This document shows, piece after piece, positions 59,115 to 64,000 of a stretch of DNA of 64,000 nt. The position numbers and the translations under genes are program-made. The stretch spans positions 21,145-85,144 of the forward strand of contig JAGVYZ010000014.1 of NCBI GenBank assembly GCA_018303025.1, read 5' to 3'. Each line of letters opens with the position of its first letter. Position 1 is the stretch's first letter. This stretch comes from Candidatus Woesearchaeota archaeon (GTDB taxonomy: Archaea > Nanobdellota > Nanobdellia > SCGC-AAA011-G17 > GW2011-AR20). Under the pieces are notes generated by a model that had not been told where the DNA came from, searched no databases, and saw nothing but the letters and a program-made list of their open reading frames with translations.

Positions 59115-59214
59115 TATTTTCTTTCCGAAAGGTTTTCTAAATGTTCTTTTTTGCTGAAGGTTTTTCCTAATGTCTTTCTTTCCTGAAGGTTTTCTTTCCA
59201 AAAAGAAAAGCTAC
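59115..59214 (-). repeat. Palindromic dispersed repeat, copy E, with right arm triplicated at 29-nt period
   Basis: Minus strand GTAG-C-TTTTCTTT-TTGG-AAAGAAAA-C-CTTC-AGGAAAG; plus-strand GAA(A)GGTTTT units start at 59127, 59156 and 59185. Confidence 0.8.
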
Positions 59215-59348
59215 TTTATTAAAAAATAATATAGAATAACTAATAATATTCCTAAAATAACTGCTTTGAAAACAAACTTTGTTAATTTTAAGAATAAATA
59301 AATTAAAACAATTGCTGATAGAATTAAAAGAATACTAATTGTCTCCAT
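59211..59348 (-). CDS. 45-aa membrane protein; not in ORF track
   Basis: METISILLILSAIVLIYLFLKLTKFVFKAVILGILLVILYYFLIK; start overlaps the rimK 3' end. Confidence 0.7.
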   Translation of the reverse strand: METISILLILSAIVLIYLFLKLTKFVFKAVILGILLVILYYFLIK

Positions 59349-60405
59349 GCTTTTTAATGATTATGTTGCCTCTTTCAACTTTTATTGTTACTTCATCTTC
59401 TGAAGTGAATCCTGATAATTTTGTTATTAATGAGTCTAATCTTATTCTTCCTAATTTTACATCTAGATTAGCTATAACTTCTTTTGGACCTGGCTGATTT
59501 ATGTCGTGAATAATTCTTGAATAGTTATTTTCTTTTTTAGATGCTGCAAACTTAGAAGATTGTTCAAACAGGTATTTACAGATTTCACCTGCAACATCTT
59601 TTTTTGTTGCTTCTGTTATTCCTTTTAATCCAGGACTAGCGTTTACTTCTATTACTAATGGTTTTAATCCCTGCAAAATATCAACTGCGCAAACATCTGC
59701 ATGAATTGCTCTAGCACTTTTAATTGCAAGTTCTTTTGCTTCTTCTGTTAAGGTAATTGCTTTTCCTTTTCCACCTGCATGAATATTTGCTCTTAATTCT
59801 CCTCTAGCTGAACTTCTTTCCATTGAAGCTATTACTTCATCGCCTGTTACAATTGCTCTTATGTCTTTACCATCTGTATCTATGAAATCCTGAATAATAT
59901 AGGCTTGCCTGAATATTTCTAATGTATCTAAGATTGAAGATGCTGAACTTCTTGAATCAGCAAACATAACTCCTTTTCCATGAGTTCCTGAGGGCAATTT
60001 TATTATAGCTGGATAATGAATTCTTTTAATTAATTCTTTTGCTCTTTTTGTTGTTGCTGCCAAATATGTTCTTGGCATGTCTACTTTTAATTTTTGCAAA
60101 TATAATTGTGTTAAGAATTTATCATGAGCAATTGTAAAAGATTCAGGAGCTAAAGGCATATATGCTTTTTTGTTTAATATTTCAGTTATACTCCTTAAGA
60201 TTAAAGCATATTTGGATGAACCTCTGCAATAAATACAATCATAATCCTTTAATGGCTCGTCTTCATAAAAAATTTCAGCTTTTTCCCTGACAACTATTTC
60301 AATATGCCTTAAATCTAATGCATCAACTTCTGAGAAATATTTTTTAGAAGCTTCTATCAACATATTGCTACTATTACTCTTTAAACTGATTATTGCTAGT
60401 TTCAT
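59335..60405 (-). CDS. rimK: RimK-family ATP-grasp ligase with C-terminal AbrB/SpoVT-like domain
   Basis: HDK, GTHGKGV, QDFI, DIR, RANIHAGG, EVNASPG; C-terminal GRIRL...SGFTSEDEVTIKVERGNIIIK. Confidence 0.88.
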   Translation of the reverse strand: MKLAIISLKSNSSNMLIEASKKYFSEVDALDLRHIEIVVREKAEIFYEDEPLKDYDCIYCRGSSKYALILRSITEILNKKAYMPLAPESFTIAHDKFLTQLYLQKLKVDMPRTYLAATTKRAKELIKRIHYPAIIKLPSGTHGKGVMFADSRSSASSILDTLEIFRQAYIIQDFIDTDGKDIRAIVTGDEVIASMERSSARGELRANIHAGGKGKAITLTEEAKELAIKSARAIHADVCAVDILQGLKPLVIEVNASPGLKGITEATKKDVAGEICKYLFEQSSKFAASKKENNYSRIIHDINQPGPKEVIANLDVKLGRIRLDSLITKLSGFTSEDEVTIKVERGNIIIKKHGDN

Positions 60406-60722
60406 TTTCTAGGATCTATAAGAAAGCCAAGTTTTTTAAGTGTTCTTTTTCCTAACAAAACCTTGTATTTTAATTTTGATCTAGAAACTACAGATAATTC
60501 AGCCCTTATAGCTCTTCCTTTTAGTCTTATTAATGCTTTTACTGTTGGTCTGATTGATTTGCCATGAGCACTTTTTATTCTTCTAAAACCAATTATTGGG
60601 CCTAAGTTTAATCTAGAAGCTGATTTTAAATCAATACAGCTTGAATCTGCACCTGTATCAATCTTAGCTAAAAATTCCTTTCCACCTATGTTTATTTTTT
60701 CAATTAATCCGAGGGTTACCAT
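60402..60722 (-). CDS. RimK-associated retropepsin-like protease (RimB-like)
   Basis: AKIDTGADSSCID, RP, LLG; ATGA-coupled to rimK. Confidence 0.85.
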   Translation of the reverse strand: MVTLGLIEKINIGGKEFLAKIDTGADSSCIDLKSASRLNLGPIIGFRRIKSAHGKSIRPTVKALIRLKGRAIRAELSVVSRSKLKYKVLLGKRTLKKLGFLIDPRK

Positions 60723-60802
60723 GATATTTAAAATATATGTTCTTAAGGTTATAAACGTTTCCTATAACATAGTTTTATTAATTTTTTTATTATTGTTTTT
60801 TA

Positions 60803-61321
60803 ATGGGATTTAGTTTTAATTTTAGAGAGGTTGGAAGTGAACGAGATGTTAGAGAAGTAATAGACTTTTTAGCTTCGCAACCTTTAGGATATCCAAATTA
60901 TCCTGATTGGGTACAAAGAACAGAAGCTGAGTTATTCTCTGGATATAAACAAGCTGTTCTTGCTTATAATGAAGGAACATTAGTTGGTGATATTGTTCAT
61001 CAGCCTCATAAATATATTCCAAGAGTTAGAGAAATAAAAAATATTAGGGTTCATCCTGATTTACGAGAAAGAGGTTTTGCAAGGTTTATGCTAAGACAAG
61101 TAGAGGTTGATGCTAGAGATGGAAATGAAGCTGTTGTTGTTGACACAAGAAAATCTAATGATGAAATGATTGAATTTTTAAAAAGATGTGGATATTTTCA
61201 TTTGATTACTGTTTCTTTATATGATTCAACTGAAGAAGATATTACATTCATAAGACCTTTAACCAGAAGAGAAGGATTAATTGAAAGAGTAAGTGCTGAT
61301 TTTGTTAATAATTTAAGATAA
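60803..61321 (+). CDS. GNAT family N-acetyltransferase
   Basis: Motif A IRVHPDLRERGFARFML; N...FLKRCGY. Confidence 0.85.
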   Translation: MGFSFNFREVGSERDVREVIDFLASQPLGYPNYPDWVQRTEAELFSGYKQAVLAYNEGTLVGDIVHQPHKYIPRVREIKNIRVHPDLRERGFARFMLRQVEVDARDGNEAVVVDTRKSNDEMIEFLKRCGYFHLITVSLYDSTEEDITFIRPLTRREGLIERVSADFVNNLR

Positions 61322-61361
61322 AAAAAGCTAGGTTTAAAAATTTATTTAATTTATTCTTTAA

Positions 61362-61631
61362 ATGAGAAATATGCCTAAAGATGAATTTTTAAGGAAATTG
61401 GGAGAACAAGATTTTGAATTTGTAGTTAATGATATTAGATATCAGTTATATCAGTATAAATCAGGGGAAATAAATCATAAGAGAAATAATGTACTAAGTG
61501 TATTAAATCTTATAAGTGATAGAAGATATGCAAAATTTGGAGATTATATGAAGGAAGATGTAAGGGAAGATTCTAAATTTCAAAATGATTTATATGCTTT
61601 ATTCATAAATGGAGCTTTTTTAATGACTTAA
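61362..61631 (+). CDS. Hypothetical protein
   Basis: 89-aa ORF with TATA-like TTTAAAAA about 30 nt upstream; no recognisable motif. Confidence 0.6.
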   Translation: MRNMPKDEFLRKLGEQDFEFVVNDIRYQLYQYKSGEINHKRNNVLSVLNLISDRRYAKFGDYMKEDVREDSKFQNDLYALFINGAFLMT

Positions 61632-61673
61632 TCAAATCAAAAAAAATATAAACAATATTTCAAAGTAAATAAT

Positions 61674-62075
61674 GTGAAAACAATAATATTAGATACTAAT
61701 TTCCTGTTAATGTATGAAAAGTATAAGATAGATATCTTTTCTGAAATAGATAGAATATGTGATTTTCCTTATGAACTGGCTATTATTGATAAAACAATAG
61801 ATGAACTAAAGGGCAAGAAAGGAGAGAGAATTGCTTTAAAATTACTTGAAATCAAGAAGGTAAAGGTTATAAAGACAAATAAAGAGGGTTCTGTAGATAA
61901 GATTTTAAAAGAGCTTTTCTTTACGAAAGAAAACTTCGGAAAAGAAACACCAAAAGAGTTAAATTTAAAAAACATTATAATTGCAACTAATGATAGGTTA
62001 TTAATGAAAGAGTTGAAAATGCCTGTAATTAGATTAAAACAAAAAAAATATTTAATGATAGAAAATGTTTTATGA
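61674..62075 (+). CDS. PIN-domain protein (Fcf1/Utp24-like) carrying a 15-aa insertion
   Basis: ILDTNF, DEL, VD, ATND; usual position upstream of rpoE1. Confidence 0.88.
   Translation: MKTIILDTNFLLMYEKYKIDIFSEIDRICDFPYELAIIDKTIDELKGKKGERIALKLLEIKKVKVIKTNKEGSVDKILKELFFTKENFGKETPKELNLKNIIIATNDRLLMKELKMPVIRLKQKKYLMIENVL
61907..61958 (+). repeat. Palindromic dispersed repeat, copy F; in-frame 45-nt insert in the PIN gene
   Basis: GAG-C-TTTTCTTT-ACG-AAAGAAAA-CTTC-GGAAAAGAAAC; AAAAGAG direct repeats at 61907 and 61952. Confidence 0.8.
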
Positions 62076-62673
62076 AACCACTGTAAAAGCACATATTAGA
62101 GTACCTCCAACTGACTTTGATAAAGACAAAGAAGAGGCTGTTCTTAATCAGATAAATGAAAATTATCATGATTTTGTTTCTAAAGACATAGGAATAGTTA
62201 TTGGTGTTAAAGATATTGTAAAAATAGGAGAGGGTGTTATTATTCATGGAGATGGCGCTGCTTATTATGATACTGTATTTACCTTAATCATATTCAAACC
62301 AGAATTACAAGAGATTGTTTTAGGAAACATAACTGAAATTACTGATTTTGGTGCTTTTGTCAATATTGGACCAATTGATGGTATGGTTCATATAAGCCAG
62401 ACAATGGATGATTTTGTTAGTTTTTCAAAAAGCAATGTTTTAAGTGGAAAAGAAAGCAAAAGAGTCTTAAAACAAGGCGATATATGTAGAGCTAGGATAA
62501 TTGCTGTTAGCTTTAAAGAAGCTGAACCTAAAATAGGTTTAACAATGAGACAGACTACTTTAGGCAATATTAAATGGCTGGAAGAAGACATTAAAAAACA
62601 GCAAAAATCAGCTGAGAAAGAAGAGAAACCTGTTCAGAAAAAAGAGAAGAAAAAGGAAAAGAAGCTTTCTTAG
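62065..62673 (+). CDS. rpoE1: RNA polymerase subunit E' (Rpo7)
   Basis: IRVPP, GDGAAY, FGAFVNIGPIDGMVHISQ, IGLTMRQ. Confidence 0.96.
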   Translation: MFYETTVKAHIRVPPTDFDKDKEEAVLNQINENYHDFVSKDIGIVIGVKDIVKIGEGVIIHGDGAAYYDTVFTLIIFKPELQEIVLGNITEITDFGAFVNIGPIDGMVHISQTMDDFVSFSKSNVLSGKESKRVLKQGDICRARIIAVSFKEAEPKIGLTMRQTTLGNIKWLEEDIKKQQKSAEKEEKPVQKKEKKKEKKLS

Positions 62674-62700
62674 AAAGAAACCTTCAGGAAAGAAAAAAGA
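62661..62700 (+). repeat. Palindromic dispersed repeat, copy G (contains the rpoE1 stop codon)
   Basis: GAAG-C-TTTCTT-AGA-AAGAAA-C-CTTC-AGGAAAGAAA. Confidence 0.8.
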
Positions 62701-62702
62701 AA

Positions 62703-62888
62703 ATGGCAAAGAAAGCATGTAGGAAGTGTAAGATGATAACTGACCAACCAAAATGCCCTAATTGTCAATCAGAATTATTTAATGATAGTTTCAAGGGAAA
62801 GATATTTATTGTAAACCCTGAGAAATCAATAATAGCTGCTAAGATTAAAGCAAAAGTTGAAGGAGAGTATGCTATAAAATCACGATGA
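62703..62888 (+). CDS. spt4: Transcription elongation factor Spt4 (RpoE'')
   Basis: ACRKC...CPNC zinc ribbon, PEKS-x-IA, GEYAI. Confidence 0.93.
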   Translation: MAKKACRKCKMITDQPKCPNCQSELFNDSFKGKIFIVNPEKSIIAAKIKAKVEGEYAIKSR

Positions 62889-62949
62889 AGCTTTTTTCTT
62901 GCAAAGAAAAAATCTTCGATAAAAAAGAAGCATAATCCAAAGGAAGAAA
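62887..62949 (+). repeat. Palindromic dispersed repeat, copy H
   Basis: GAAG-C-TTTTTTCTT-GCA-AAGAAAAAA-T-CTTC; flanked by ATGAA at 62885 and 62950. Confidence 0.78.
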
Positions 62950-63243
62950 ATGAAAGCAATAGAAAAGAAAGAAAACAGTTTATTGGGAAGAAGTGAATAT
63001 ACTTTAGAGTTTGAGAGCAAGGGAAAGACAATGAGCAAGGAAGAAGCTTTGAAGAAATTAGTTGAGAATTTTAAAGCTAATCCTGAAACAAGCATTATTA
63101 AGTTCATAAGAAATGATTATGGAAAAGAGTCAGGTATAATAAAAGCTTATGTTTATCATGATAAAGAGAGATTTGATGCAATTGAAAAATTCAGAAAAAA
63201 AGCAAAGAAGGTAAAAGATGCCAAAAAAGAAAGTAAAGAATAA
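62950..63243 (+). CDS. rps24e: 30S ribosomal protein S24e
   Basis: ENSLLGRSE, YG, AYVY; position before rps27ae. Confidence 0.85.
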   Translation: MKAIEKKENSLLGRSEYTLEFESKGKTMSKEEALKKLVENFKANPETSIIKFIRNDYGKESGIIKAYVYHDKERFDAIEKFRKKAKKVKDAKKESKE

Positions 63244-63403
63244 GAAGCCATCTCAAAGATGGAAGAAGTACAAAATAGAAGGAAGTTCTGTAAAGAGAGC
63301 TAAAACATGCCCTAAATGCGGTGCTGGTTATTTCTTAGCAGAGCATAAAGACAGACTCTATTGTGGAAACTGCCATTATTTAGAAACCAAAACCAAGCAG
63401 TGA
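63218..63403 (+). CDS. rps27ae: 30S ribosomal protein S27ae
   Basis: CPKCGAGYFLAEHKDRLYCGNC. Confidence 0.95.
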   Translation: MPKKKVKNKKPSQRWKKYKIEGSSVKRAKTCPKCGAGYFLAEHKDRLYCGNCHYLETKTKQ

Positions 63404-63510
63404 GATTTTCTAAAGAAAATTAAGCAAAGAAGAAGAAATACATTATTTCTACTTTTTTATTTTAATTACCTAAAAGGATTTTTAATTTTCCTGCTTAATT
63501 CTTGAGAATA

Positions 63511-63876
63511 TTATCTATATGCTAAATAAGCTGCATCTAATGCTTCTAAAGAAGATTTATCATTTTTTTCTAATTCTTCTCTTGTATAAGCTCTTTCACC
63601 AGTTTTATCACTAATTATCACTTTATCAAAAACACTATCATACATACTTTTTCCTGTAAATACATCTATTCCACCAGGGTTATTCATTATTGTATAATTA
63701 TTGCCTGTTTTAGAATCTATTAAATGTACACTTCTGTATGAACTTGGAAGTTGATTACTTTGTACAAGATTTTCTCTTTCTATGCTTAATTTTAATCCAT
63801 TAGAACAACCAGTTAAACTGCCTAAGACTAATGCTGTTATTGTTACTATTGACTTTAATGTTGTTTTTGCTCTCAT
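63511..63876 (-). CDS. Hypothetical lipoprotein
   Basis: Signal peptide ending LTGC. Confidence 0.65.
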   Translation of the reverse strand: MRAKTTLKSIVTITALVLGSLTGCSNGLKLSIERENLVQSNQLPSSYRSVHLIDSKTGNNYTIMNNPGGIDVFTGKSMYDSVFDKVIISDKTGERAYTREELEKNDKSSLEALDAAYLAYR

Positions 63877-64000
63877 TTTTTAGCTTCTTTTTGAATATAA
63901 ACCCAAAAAGATAAGCCACAAGGACTTATCCTTCTGGGAAAAAGAGGTGATATAATAGGTACAAACTTAGAGTATTTAAATCTTTCGGTTGTATTAATTT

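Noticed and set aside
59115-59214. Possible mini CRISPR array
   Set aside because: Period is only 29 nt, units are degenerate with no unique spacers, and no cas genes are present; better explained by the palindromic repeat family.
60803-62075. GNAT or PIN toxin-antitoxin module
   Set aside because: The 89-aa ORF has no recognisable antitoxin fold, and the PIN gene sits in the conserved position upstream of rpoE1.
2462-63107. Many 60-130 aa ORFs antisense to or nested in longer genes (e.g. 2462-2764, 26082-26477, 49864-50226, 62765-63031)
   Set aside because: Shadow frames of well-supported genes with no motifs; expected in AT-rich, codon-biased DNA.

Overview
AT-rich archaeal DNA, most likely from a DPANN lineage (Pacearchaeota/Woesearchaeota-like; inferred from AglB, Rpo7/Spt4/eS24/eS31, a form II/III RubisCO and short TATA-to-ATG spacing). 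About 52 kb (1-51950) is one large surface-glycosylation locus. It holds a phosphonate module (cytidylyltransferase-PepM fusion, Ppd, Fe-dependent alcohol dehydrogenase), nucleotide-sugar enzymes, about 13 GT2/GT4 enzymes, 4 GT-C-like membrane proteins, 2 flippases, AglH and AglB. Its tailoring enzymes include 4 B12-dependent radical SAMs, a SPASM/twitch radical SAM, 3 methyltransferases, an SxtJ-carbamoyltransferase-SxtK-like triad and a DUF692/MNIO-like TIM barrel. The rest holds R15P isomerase and RubisCO, secreted proteins, RimK with its protease partner and a PIN-rpoE1-spt4-rps24e-rps27ae operon. Signals not explained by the ORF track: (1) a dispersed family of ~30-65 bp palindromic inserts with a recurring C-C mismatch and short flanking direct repeats, one inserted in-frame in a PIN gene and two splitting ATGA stop/start overlaps; (2) a perfect 11-1-11 operator-like palindrome beside a ribbon-helix-helix/pseudo-nucleotidyltransferase fusion; (3) several missed small genes. 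All family assignments come from reading motifs by eye; no searches were run.
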